Assembly: GCF_000092465.1 (NCBI RefSeq)
Contig: NC_014205.1
Location: forward strand, 120,001-152,000
Direction: 5' to 3'
Length of the DNA stretch: 32,000 bases
Origin: Staphylothermus hellenicus DSM 12710
GTDB lineage: Archaea > Thermoproteota > Thermoprotei_A > Sulfolobales > Desulfurococcaceae
The notes beneath the pieces were generated by a model, which was not told where the DNA came from, did no database searches, and saw nothing but the letters and a program-made list of their open reading frames with translations. Below, in pieces: positions 18,569-26,097 of the stretch. Within the stretch, counting starts at the first letter, position 1, and each line of letters starts with the position of its first letter. Made by a program: the position numbers and the translations under genes.

Positions 18569-19612
18569 TTACCATGGATAAACATATTTCTCCATAATAT
18601 TTTTCAAAATCATAACTAGTTCTCCAGGAGTAATCACGGGTTTATAGAAGTCGTTGAAATCGTCTATTGGTAATCTAGGACAACTAGTTATAACATATAG
18701 GTCTAGATTGTATGCGTTATCTATGGAGATCAATTGTTCTCTGCTGAGATATGTTGAGGTAAACAAGTAGTATTTAATACCATGTTCTCCCAGGAGATTC
18801 TCAATATATTTGATCAATGTAGGTCTATATTGTCCCGGCCTAGAACCAATAATTACACCGACATTTCTGATCACTTCGTTGCGGAGCTTAGACAAAATAT
18901 AGTATCTCTTCGCCTTTAAACGCTTAATATCGCTACTAGGATATGTGACTTGTAGCCTATACGGATCAAGTATGAGAACGGGCTTATCAACGATCAAGGA
19001 CAAACCTAAAGCATGAAAAATACCTCCTGCAACTACAAGGTACGCATCGACTTTACTATATATTTTCAATGCAGCTGAGTATTCACATCCAAGGATCTGG
19101 CCAGGCATCATTACATTATACGTTGGTTTTCCGATGTAAGCAATATATCCGTGCTCTCCTAGTTTTTCAGCTATCTCTTTTAATGAGTGGACATGCTGTA
19201 TAGATGTTACTAATCCTATTTTCTCAGCGTTATATTTTTTGAGTTCATTAATTAACATATTAATAATGTCATTTGTAGGCTTCCACTTATAATATGCTGG
19301 TAAATATATTATGTCATAGTTTATTTCTCTGCTTAGAAAGGGGTACTTGTTATGTCCTATATGAATAACTAGATCAGGCTTTACAGCCTCGATCTCTTCT
19401 AGAGGAATATCGCATGCACCGAATGAGGGAGAAGCTGAGTAGTATATTTTGATACTAGGCAGTTTATCTATGATATGTTCTCCGATGCATTTGTATAGTT
19501 TTTTCAAACCATCAGGTGCTTGTATAAAAACCGTAGAAGCATTCTTTTCCTGAATAGTATTAATTAGTGCTTGATAATCTACTTCGTAGCTTTCACAAAA
19601 ACTCCCGCTCAT
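18569..19612 (-). CDS. dph2: Diphthamide biosynthesis enzyme Dph2 (2-(3-amino-3-carboxypropyl)histidine synthase)
   Basis: 347 aa. The N-terminal YEVDYQALINTIQEKNASTVFIQAPDGLK and the three-domain length are typical of archaeal Dph2, with conserved Cys residues present. Confidence 0.8.
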   Translation of the reverse strand: MSGSFCESYEVDYQALINTIQEKNASTVFIQAPDGLKKLYKCIGEHIIDKLPSIKIYYSASPSFGACDIPLEEIEAVKPDLVIHIGHNKYPFLSREINYDIIYLPAYYKWKPTNDIINMLINELKKYNAEKIGLVTSIQHVHSLKEIAEKLGEHGYIAYIGKPTYNVMMPGQILGCEYSAALKIYSKVDAYLVVAGGIFHALGLSLIVDKPVLILDPYRLQVTYPSSDIKRLKAKRYYILSKLRNEVIRNVGVIIGSRPGQYRPTLIKYIENLLGEHGIKYYLFTSTYLSREQLISIDNAYNLDLYVITSCPRLPIDDFNDFYKPVITPGELVMILKNIMEKYVYPW

Positions 19613-19650
19613 AAAGATCTACTCAGTCATAGGGTGGGGGAGAAATATTT

Positions 19651-20175
19651 CTATATAGGTTTCAAACCAGGCTTTAATGGTTTGAAAACTATTCTCGCTG
19701 GTAATGGTAGTTTTGAAGCTGCTCTTCTAAGAGCCTCCTTAGCATGTTCTACATGTTCCTTCCCAACTCTAACCTCCATTACTATTGTTCCAGGATAAAC
19801 TCTTGCAGCTGTTCCTATGGGTTTTCCAAATGCTTGCCTCATACCATCTTGTAGACGGTCTGCTCCTGCGAAAGCCATCATTTTGTTCTCTCTTAGTACA
19901 TGGTGTGGGTATACACGTATTTTTAAGAAGTAGTTTTGGTCTCCAATAGTTGTGCTTAAATACTTATTAGCCATGACACGTGCAGCTTCTAATGCGTTAT
20001 GCCTTATTTGTCCAGCCTCGATCATTACTAGTTCTGCTCTATAATCATAGTCTCCATGAACATTACCCATTTCAAACTTCACGATCTTAGGCTGTGGAAC
20101 ACCTGGTATGTATTCTCTCCGAGTATATGGGGGCCCGCTGAAATGTGTATAGCATCTAGCAGGTCTTAGAGGCAT
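19651..20175 (-). CDS. rpl10e: 50S ribosomal protein L10e (uL16)
   Basis: [38 protein letters not shown] is the canonical L10e N-terminus. Confidence 0.95.
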   Translation of the reverse strand: MPLRPARCYTHFSGPPYTRREYIPGVPQPKIVKFEMGNVHGDYDYRAELVMIEAGQIRHNALEAARVMANKYLSTTIGDQNYFLKIRVYPHHVLRENKMMAFAGADRLQDGMRQAFGKPIGTAARVYPGTIVMEVRVGKEHVEHAKEALRRAASKLPLPARIVFKPLKPGLKPI

Positions 20176-20269
20176 ACATCATCATCTCCTAATCATTTAA
20201 CCATTATTCCTTATCGTTTTTGTAGATTTTAACCGGGTATTTTAAACTTACCTTTTACTATGTCCCAGA

Positions 20270-21391
20270 TTATTTCTCTAAAACAACTATTTTAGGATAT
20301 AATCCTCCATGTTGAACTGTTCTTTTATGAATTACTCTAAAACCTATATCGCCGGCTTTCTTCAACACATAGTTATACTCTGTTGTTATAATAGTTAATC
20401 GACCACCTGGCTTCAACGATTTATATGCTGAACCTAGGAAGTCCCTGTATAGTTTCCTAATAACTACTGGGTCTCCGTATCGGATGCCGTACGGTGGATT
20501 ACTAACTATATGATCTACTTGTTCATCGAAGATCACATGTAATCTCCTAGCATCCCATACGCCAAAAACAACTTTTCCATAAACACCTGAAGCATAAGCA
20601 TTAAGTTTTGCTCCTCTAACATGTTTCGGGTTTCGATCATATCCATAAATAAGTGCTTCTTCATGTAGAAGACCTGCTTCTATAGGAATAGTTCCTCCAC
20701 CACACATTGGATCAACTATTACTTGTTTATCTCTTGTACCCGATAATGTTAGCATAGCATATGCTAGTGTGGGTTTAAGAGCTGCTGGATGATCATATAT
20801 TCTATATCCTCTCCTATGAAGACTCCTAGAACCCGTTAGTGAAACTCCGAGAAAGAAGTTCTCATCCCTTACAAAAACATGGATTATGATATGTGGTGTT
20901 CTCAAATTAACAACTGGCTTAACACCTGTTTTCTCCTCAACCTTCCTAATAATTATTTCTCCAACAATACGTGAAATATCCATAGATGTATATTCATGAC
21001 TGCCTAGACGTTCCGTATCAACAGCAAATGATGTATGAGGAGTTATATAGTAATGAATTGTTTCAAGCGAAGAAACAAGTTCTTCTCTAAGCTTTACTAA
21101 ATCATTTGTTCTAGGACCAACTCTGCTCTTAAACAACAAGATAAATGCGCGATTAATACTTCTAAGCCTATAAATAGCTTCAAAACTAACATTGTCAACA
21201 ACATGGTATACATGCCCACTCATTTTTTCAAAGCTAGTAACACCGCCTAGCTCAGCTCTAATCTCCTCAGATGCGATATCCTCAATGCCTGGATTAACCG
21301 TATATAGTAGTTCCACGGTAATCCACCATGTAAAACCCCTATACTCCTCGACAAGTGAATACTGTATAAATCTATAAATAAACAATATCAC
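20270..21391 (-). CDS. THUMP-domain tRNA (guanine-N2)-methyltransferase (Trm14/Trm11-like)
   Basis: An N-terminal THUMP-like region followed by the SAM motif DPMCGGGTIPIEAG and catalytic SNPPYG. The true start may be the in-frame GTG at 21316 (VELLYTVNPG...), because the first 25 codons are atypical. Confidence 0.8.
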   Translation of the reverse strand: MILFIYRFIQYSLVEEYRGFTWWITVELLYTVNPGIEDIASEEIRAELGGVTSFEKMSGHVYHVVDNVSFEAIYRLRSINRAFILLFKSRVGPRTNDLVKLREELVSSLETIHYYITPHTSFAVDTERLGSHEYTSMDISRIVGEIIIRKVEEKTGVKPVVNLRTPHIIIHVFVRDENFFLGVSLTGSRSLHRRGYRIYDHPAALKPTLAYAMLTLSGTRDKQVIVDPMCGGGTIPIEAGLLHEEALIYGYDRNPKHVRGAKLNAYASGVYGKVVFGVWDARRLHVIFDEQVDHIVSNPPYGIRYGDPVVIRKLYRDFLGSAYKSLKPGGRLTIITTEYNYVLKKAGDIGFRVIHKRTVQHGGLYPKIVVLEK

Positions 21392-21446
21392 CGATAAAGG
21401 TAAGGATTATAATGGGATTATAGACCAGTAAAAATAATGGAGAAAA

Positions 21447-21570
21447 GCGGGGGTGCCCGAGCCAGGTTAAAGGGGGCGGACTCAAGACAGGGCCGACATA
21501 ATGGTGGTTAGGCCCAGGGGAGATCCGCTGGCGTAGGCCTGCGTGGGTTCAAATCCCACCCCCCGCACCA
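21447..21570 (+). tRNA. tRNA-Leu(CAA), class II, with an intron of about 36 nt at position 37/38 and an encoded 3' CCA
   Basis: Folded by hand. Acceptor GCGGGGG/CCCCCGC, D-arm CCC-GAGCCAGGTTAAA-GGG, anticodon stem GCGGA/TCCGC with loop CU-CAA-GA (anticodon 21493-21495). The intron is about 21497-21532 and contains a GGGCC/GGCCC stem. Long variable arm TGGCGTAGGCCTGCG, T-arm TGGGTTCAAATCCCA, discriminator A followed by CCA. Confidence 0.85.
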
Positions 21571-21601
21571 TCTCAATTATCAGAACAACTCTTATGAATA
21601 G

Positions 21602-21622
21602 AAAACAACCAGTTGTTGTTTT
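21602..21622. terminator. Hairpin plus T-run between the tRNA and the convergent csx1 gene (candidate terminator)
   Basis: AAAACAAC (21602-21609), loop CAGTT, GTTGTTTT (21615-21622): a perfect 8-bp stem ending in a T-run on the plus strand and an A/T-run on the minus strand. Confidence 0.3.
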
Positions 21623-21759
21623 CAGTTCGGTTTATAGATAAATAATTTATAGATAGAAGAACAAGCTCTTTAGGTAAACTGTGTTTGGAAGATTATGGGT
21701 TTGTCTAGTTTCTCTAGTAGTAGTGATTTGAAGTTTTTACTTGTTCTTGTTTAAGAATA

Positions 21760-23313
21760 TTATCGGATACACTCGTGTATTTTGCTGGCTCCCCCTATGT
21801 TTTTTAGTGTTTTTACTAGTTTATTGTAGTCATACTCTACCTCTATTATTCCGCATTCATGGTTTCTCCATTCTACCTTTACATATTTTATTATATTGTG
21901 GTTTAGTGCTGCGTGTGCTACAAAGTTTCTTGGATCTACTATTTTGTCATTCCCTATGCTTTGTATGCCCTTCTTTTTTGCCCAGTATTCTTTTAGCAGT
22001 TTTGCATCGATTATTTCCCTTCCCGTATCTTTACTAGCTTCACACGCCGTCTCTGTCAGTTCTGATGCCTCCTTTATAATTATCTGCTTCCTATCCCAGT
22101 AACCGTTTCTATCCAATATTCTGCTTACATGTTTAGCGAATTCCTTGAGGTATAATGGTTCTAGGTTTAGAAGCCTACTATACTCCTCCACCATATATTT
22201 TTGTAGGAAGTCCAGTATTGGTATATACTTGGCTAGCTCCTCAGGCAGTAATGAACGGTATTCAACAGTGTTGTCGGTAATATCTGGCGTTATCCATGGC
22301 CTGTTATAATCTACTTGGTAGATCTTCTTTAAGGAATTATAAATATTGTTTACTGTGAATGGAATATTTCTTCCATTAGATAACTTGCTATTGCTATATA
22401 ATAGCCCTAATAAACCCGATCTTAGTGCTTCAACCATACATACTGTCTTATCCATTAATTCCACATACTTATCATGTACCCTCTTCTCCCTCAGCCCTTT
22501 TAGTAGCTTATTTAGCTGTTTTTCGCTTAGATATCTTAGAGAGTCTAATGCCCTCAAGAAATCTATTATCTTCTGTAGAAGGGATATGTTATGTATATTC
22601 AGGGATGGAACATCTTGGATCTGCTTTTCCTCACTTTCTAACTTTTCGCTTTTCTCTAATTGTCTATGTTTTCCAGCCCTCCTACCAGGTGGATATGGTT
22701 CGGAGTTGAACGTGTATATTTTCTTACCATATACTATTGATGCTGCTACTGTAGCGTATAGTGTTGCTATTGTCAATATGTTTAAGCCATGTGTTGTATC
22801 CAGTACTATTACGCTTGGCTTAAAGCTCTCAATATTCAATACTATGTTCCGGTATGATTCAAGAAACATCTTGATAATATCTCCCTTAAAATAGTATCCA
22901 TGATACTCGCCTATACCAGGTACTACTCCTACATATATATCGTTAACCCATTCAGGATTTTTCTCCAAGCCATCGCATTTTGTACGGTTGAACAAATCCT
23001 TCACTGTTTCATAGAACCATTTCTCAACATTACCACGCAGATCATTAATATCAGGTTTTATAACAGTATCTGAGCCTATAATTAGTAAGCGTGCATCATC
23101 AACCTCATCATATGATTTAAGCAATAAGTATAATGTAAGAGAGCTACTGCAACTTATGCAACAGCCACCGATATCTATACCCCTATCACTGGCTTTTCTC
23201 AAACAATATTTTGCCTCGTCCCATCCTTTCGGATAACCCCATGGCGCCACAACTAGGACTCTAAACGAGGAGCTATTCATAGTAATCACAAAATATACTA
23301 TGTTCTTTCTCAT
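21760..23313 (-). CDS. csx1: Csx1-family CARF-HEPN protein (cyclic-oligoadenylate-activated ribonuclease type)
   Basis: N-terminal CARF hallmarks RVLVVAPWGYPKGWDEAKY and VLDTTHGLN. C-terminal HEPN R-x4-H motif DPRNFVAHAALNH (nt 21913-21930). A more likely start is Met12 (ATG at 23280, MNSSSFRVLVV...). Confidence 0.75.
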   Translation of the reverse strand: MRKNIVYFVITMNSSSFRVLVVAPWGYPKGWDEAKYCLRKASDRGIDIGGCCISCSSSLTLYLLLKSYDEVDDARLLIIGSDTVIKPDINDLRGNVEKWFYETVKDLFNRTKCDGLEKNPEWVNDIYVGVVPGIGEYHGYYFKGDIIKMFLESYRNIVLNIESFKPSVIVLDTTHGLNILTIATLYATVAASIVYGKKIYTFNSEPYPPGRRAGKHRQLEKSEKLESEEKQIQDVPSLNIHNISLLQKIIDFLRALDSLRYLSEKQLNKLLKGLREKRVHDKYVELMDKTVCMVEALRSGLLGLLYSNSKLSNGRNIPFTVNNIYNSLKKIYQVDYNRPWITPDITDNTVEYRSLLPEELAKYIPILDFLQKYMVEEYSRLLNLEPLYLKEFAKHVSRILDRNGYWDRKQIIIKEASELTETACEASKDTGREIIDAKLLKEYWAKKKGIQSIGNDKIVDPRNFVAHAALNHNIIKYVKVEWRNHECGIIEVEYDYNKLVKTLKNIGGASKIHECIR

Positions 23314-23397
23314 AGAAAAATTTTAGAGAGGAGATAGAAGACAGGTATTCTAAGCTATCGATAATGCTTTTGCTAGAGGTGCTATATAGATATAGGC

Positions 23398-24702
23398 TTA
23401 GAAGATATTCTTATTTAGTTCGTGTCTAAGTATGTCATATGCTTTAAGAACATCTTTTTGAGCCCTTAAATGATCGATCTCCTTCTCAATTCTACGCTTT
23501 ATGCTTTCACTCTTATTCATGAACAATTCTAGATCACCCTTACGTAGACCAAATGTGACATCTAAATATACAGGGAATAATCTCTCCCTTTGAACTCTAG
23601 GACCATATATTACATGCCTACTAAGCCATTGGTAGAGTCTCCGCGCGCTTGTTCGAGAATCCCCAGTAATTATCTTATTATTCTTTCTGAAAAGCTCGGG
23701 GTATTTCTCACCTAGTCTCACTATGTATCTATCCAAGAACACCTTATTCCATACATCGCCCGGTAGCTCGAGTTGTTCAAGATAGCCCTCGTATTCTACT
23801 ATGTCCTCGTGGAGTTGTTTAAGAAATGGTTTAATTGGATTGTTCTCGCTTAGGCTATTGATGAGTAGGAGGCGGAAGTAAGGGTTAACTATGTAATCTC
23901 TTAGAGCAGCCCAGAGCCTCTTGGTTCCACTGACTTTCAGCTTGTTCAGCCTGTATGGCTCAATATTTCTTGGCAAGAGGAAATGCTTTTCCTCAGCATA
24001 TTTGCAGAGATCCCCTATCCTGAATTCTTCTCTCTCATAAGTTAAAATGTTTAGTATTGCCGCCAATAACCTGATCCAATTGTTTTCATCAATACATGAA
24101 CATTCCCTAAGCTTTTCATCAATATAGTTGGCTAGGCTTCCTCCATAATTGGAAAGTGTTCTAAGAGTTCTTAGAAGTAATTTTCTTGGTGTATTATAAT
24201 ATACGTGGGTATACTTTAACCCTGTCCAAGGATCTCTAAGGCGTTTTCTACCAATAATGATTTTCTCCAATTCATCAACCTTTTTTCCATTATATAGCTC
24301 ATTTGCAATGGAGTAGAATATTGGGAAGTTTAGCCATATAAGGTCAGCCTTCTCACGGTAGTTGAAGATATATGCTAGCCAGTGCGCTAATATAAATACA
24401 CCAGCACCATGGTCTAGTTCTTTTAAGAATTTGGAGAAGCTTTCATAACTAGTATTAAAGCCTAGCTCCTCGCATTTACGTAGTGGGAAGTTAAGTGTTT
24501 TTGAATACTCATCTACTGCAAGCCAAGTTATTAGCCTCATATCCTTAGCCACTGCAAAGATGTGGCACAAATTCATTGCTTGGTGAAAAGTGAAGTCTAA
24601 CCAGGGCTTCTCTCTAGTTCTAATATTTGCTCCAAGTGTTGCTATACGCATCAAAAACCATGCGTCTAGAAGTCTATCCAAATCCATACAAGTAGCCTCC
24701 AT
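23398..24702 (-). CDS. Uncharacterised 434-aa soluble, predominantly helical protein. It weakly resembles the DUF2400/TIGR02757 and HhH-GPD glycosylase-like signatures.
   Basis: Long uninterrupted ORF, co-oriented with csx1 and 84 nt upstream of it. No TM segment, P-loop or nuclease motif recognised. The segments MRIATLGANI, SGTKRLWAALRDYI, LELPGDVWNKVF..RLG and VYLDVTFGL recall, from memory only, the AyG / GSAcKRlnlFLRW / iPLDtHv / YDfALFGLG blocks of TIGR02757-type proteins. Confidence 0.6.
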   Translation of the reverse strand: MEATCMDLDRLLDAWFLMRIATLGANIRTREKPWLDFTFHQAMNLCHIFAVAKDMRLITWLAVDEYSKTLNFPLRKCEELGFNTSYESFSKFLKELDHGAGVFILAHWLAYIFNYREKADLIWLNFPIFYSIANELYNGKKVDELEKIIIGRKRLRDPWTGLKYTHVYYNTPRKLLLRTLRTLSNYGGSLANYIDEKLRECSCIDENNWIRLLAAILNILTYEREEFRIGDLCKYAEEKHFLLPRNIEPYRLNKLKVSGTKRLWAALRDYIVNPYFRLLLINSLSENNPIKPFLKQLHEDIVEYEGYLEQLELPGDVWNKVFLDRYIVRLGEKYPELFRKNNKIITGDSRTSARRLYQWLSRHVIYGPRVQRERLFPVYLDVTFGLRKGDLELFMNKSESIKRRIEKEIDHLRAQKDVLKAYDILRHELNKNIF

Positions 24703-25150
24703 ATCATGTAGGCATAGGCCATTATACAGATACAGTAATAGATCTATTAGAACATTTTTTATTTATTTTTTTATGCTTCTCAGTTATTGGAACACTTACC
24801 AATGGTAGCGAAGATGCACTTATATTCTTAATGTTTGGGGGAACCAGGTTTAGTTTAGTGCTTTGCCTCTATGTATGGTTCTATAATAAAAATAAATTCA
24901 TTCTTAACTCCGAGAATAATGTGGAATCTTCATATTATGAAGAAATCATAGTCTATGTTCTGTCGTGGCTTGATGTAGATCCTAATACTCCCATATATAA
25001 TAATTTTATATTGTATATATGATGTAAGGAGTCTTCAGCTCTAGTGAATTGTTTATAGATTTATAATGTCTTAAATTGGTCTTGCCCGTTCTGTATAGAC
25101 ATCATGTTTTTTATTTTTCATAGTCATGGTTTATCTTTGGGTGTAATAGG

Positions 25151-25984
25151 TTGCTGTATAGGTTTCTTCACTTGGTTACTGTTGGTACCAGTATTATCCG
25201 TAATGCTTCTTTTCATGAGAGCGTTGAGGCTGGTGTTAGGGAGAGGCTTGCTAAGTGGTCTATGGCCCCGCCTCATAGTGGTGAGGATGTTGAGGCTGGT
25301 AATAGAGCTGTTCCTAGTTCTAAGGAGTTTAGGGAGGTTCTTGGTTTTGTATCAGGATCTCCTAGGAGGGCTAGTGCTGAGCTTAATGCGTTCATAGGGT
25401 ATCTTGAGCGCTTAGTGAGTAGGGGGATTGATGGTGTAAGCCATTATCTTGTATTGTTTGGTTCTGATACTGGTGCTGGCTGGTTTTCTACTAGGATTTT
25501 AGAGGAGTATCTGGGAAGTCTTGTTGGACAGGATCTTTCTAGGACATGGGGTGTAAGAGGACATTTTATAGGTGGCGTTGAAGCTTATCGGGTAAGGGGT
25601 CTTGGAGTTAACTTCCAGGATGGAATATTGAATCTCCTTGGAAAAGTTAAGAAGATCGTGATCAGTATGGGTAAGGGGTATGACAGGGTTTTAGCAAACC
25701 TTACAGGAGGCTTTAAACCGGAATCCGCCGCAATACTTGTAGTAGCAGGTATGCTGGGAATAGACACGGTATACTATATACATGAGGCAATGAGGGAGGT
25801 TGCTGAAATACCAGTCATACCACTAACAATAGAACCCAATGCAAAAAAGATCCTGGAAAACGCCCTCGAAAATAATATAGGGGGTGCAGAGCAAAAACTT
25901 CTAGAAAAACTAGGGCTACCATTAACAGGCAAAAAACTAACACCATGGAGCAAGAAACTACTTGAAACACTGCTATACCCATAA
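25151..25984 (+). CDS. CARF-domain-only protein of the Cas_APE2256/TIGR02619 type (ring-nuclease-like or cOA sensor)
   Basis: N-terminal HLVTVGTSIIRN, RRASAELNAF and ANLTGGFKPESA match my recollection of the APE2256-family blocks (hLvTvGTSll.N, SAEln, N.TGGfK). A short helical C-terminal tail follows, with no effector domain. Apparent TTG start at 25151, preceded by GGGTG. Confidence 0.6.
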   Translation: MLYRFLHLVTVGTSIIRNASFHESVEAGVRERLAKWSMAPPHSGEDVEAGNRAVPSSKEFREVLGFVSGSPRRASAELNAFIGYLERLVSRGIDGVSHYLVLFGSDTGAGWFSTRILEEYLGSLVGQDLSRTWGVRGHFIGGVEAYRVRGLGVNFQDGILNLLGKVKKIVISMGKGYDRVLANLTGGFKPESAAILVVAGMLGIDTVYYIHEAMREVAEIPVIPLTIEPNAKKILENALENNIGGAEQKLLEKLGLPLTGKKLTPWSKKLLETLLYP

Positions 25985-26097
25985 GCAAAACCTTCCTAGT
26001 TCTCTAGAGATATTCATGATTGTTTTCTTTTAGGATACTTTTAAGATGATCTTTAATGACTAGGTCAAAGCTTCCTCCTACCTATCTGGCTATGTAA

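Noticed and set aside
21630-21655. Tandem 10-bp direct repeat TTTATAGATA (21631-21640 and 21646-21655), sharing the 10-mer GTTTATAGAT with 25051-25060, considered as island-boundary repeats.
   Set aside because: A 10-mer made of TATA-box-like sequence is expected by chance in AT-rich DNA. In addition, the second site lies inside the island rather than at its edge. It is more likely a promoter-like A/T element.
22346-22894. Plus-strand ORFs of 182, 94, 98 and 68 aa (22346-22894, 22425-22709, 21741-22037, 21896-22102) inside the csx1 locus. The track also lists similar opposite-strand ORFs at 2532, 7248, 8529, 9072, 10351, 12991, 13796, 15614, 16043, 16345, 19571, 21192, 24590, 25585, 27014 and 30453.
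   Set aside because: All lie antisense to longer ORFs that carry clear family motifs. They have Ser/Leu/Phe-rich low-complexity composition typical of shadow frames in AT-rich DNA. None has a recognisable motif or its own intergenic space.
24831-25022. 63-aa ORF in the long intergenic region between the unknown gene and the CARF-only gene.
   Set aside because: Asn/Tyr/Ile-rich sequence in the most AT-rich part of the window, with no SD or convincingly placed TATA and no motif. It is more likely chance. The region is kept only as an unexplained spacer in the findings.
25104-25397. 97-aa same-strand ORF overlapping the 5' part of the CARF-only gene in another frame (L/V/R-rich, looks like TM helices).
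   Set aside because: It is a by-product of the G+T-rich composition of this segment. The overlapping frame carries the CARF motifs (HLVTVGTS, SAELN, TGGFK) and continues for 277 codons.
21571-26097. Looked for a CRISPR repeat-spacer array or leader next to the CARF genes.
   Set aside because: No regularly spaced direct repeats of 24-37 nt are visible in either non-coding stretch (21571-21759, 24703-25150) or elsewhere in the window.
21447-26097. The possibility that the island is a tRNA-targeted integrated element (SSV-type or similar) with att sites.
   Set aside because: No integrase or other mobility gene lies in the island, and I could not find a second copy of the tRNA 3' half (GGGTTCAAATCCCACCCCCCGC) at the distal end near 26.0 kb. 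Cassette acquisition is still suspected but not as a recognisable integrative element.
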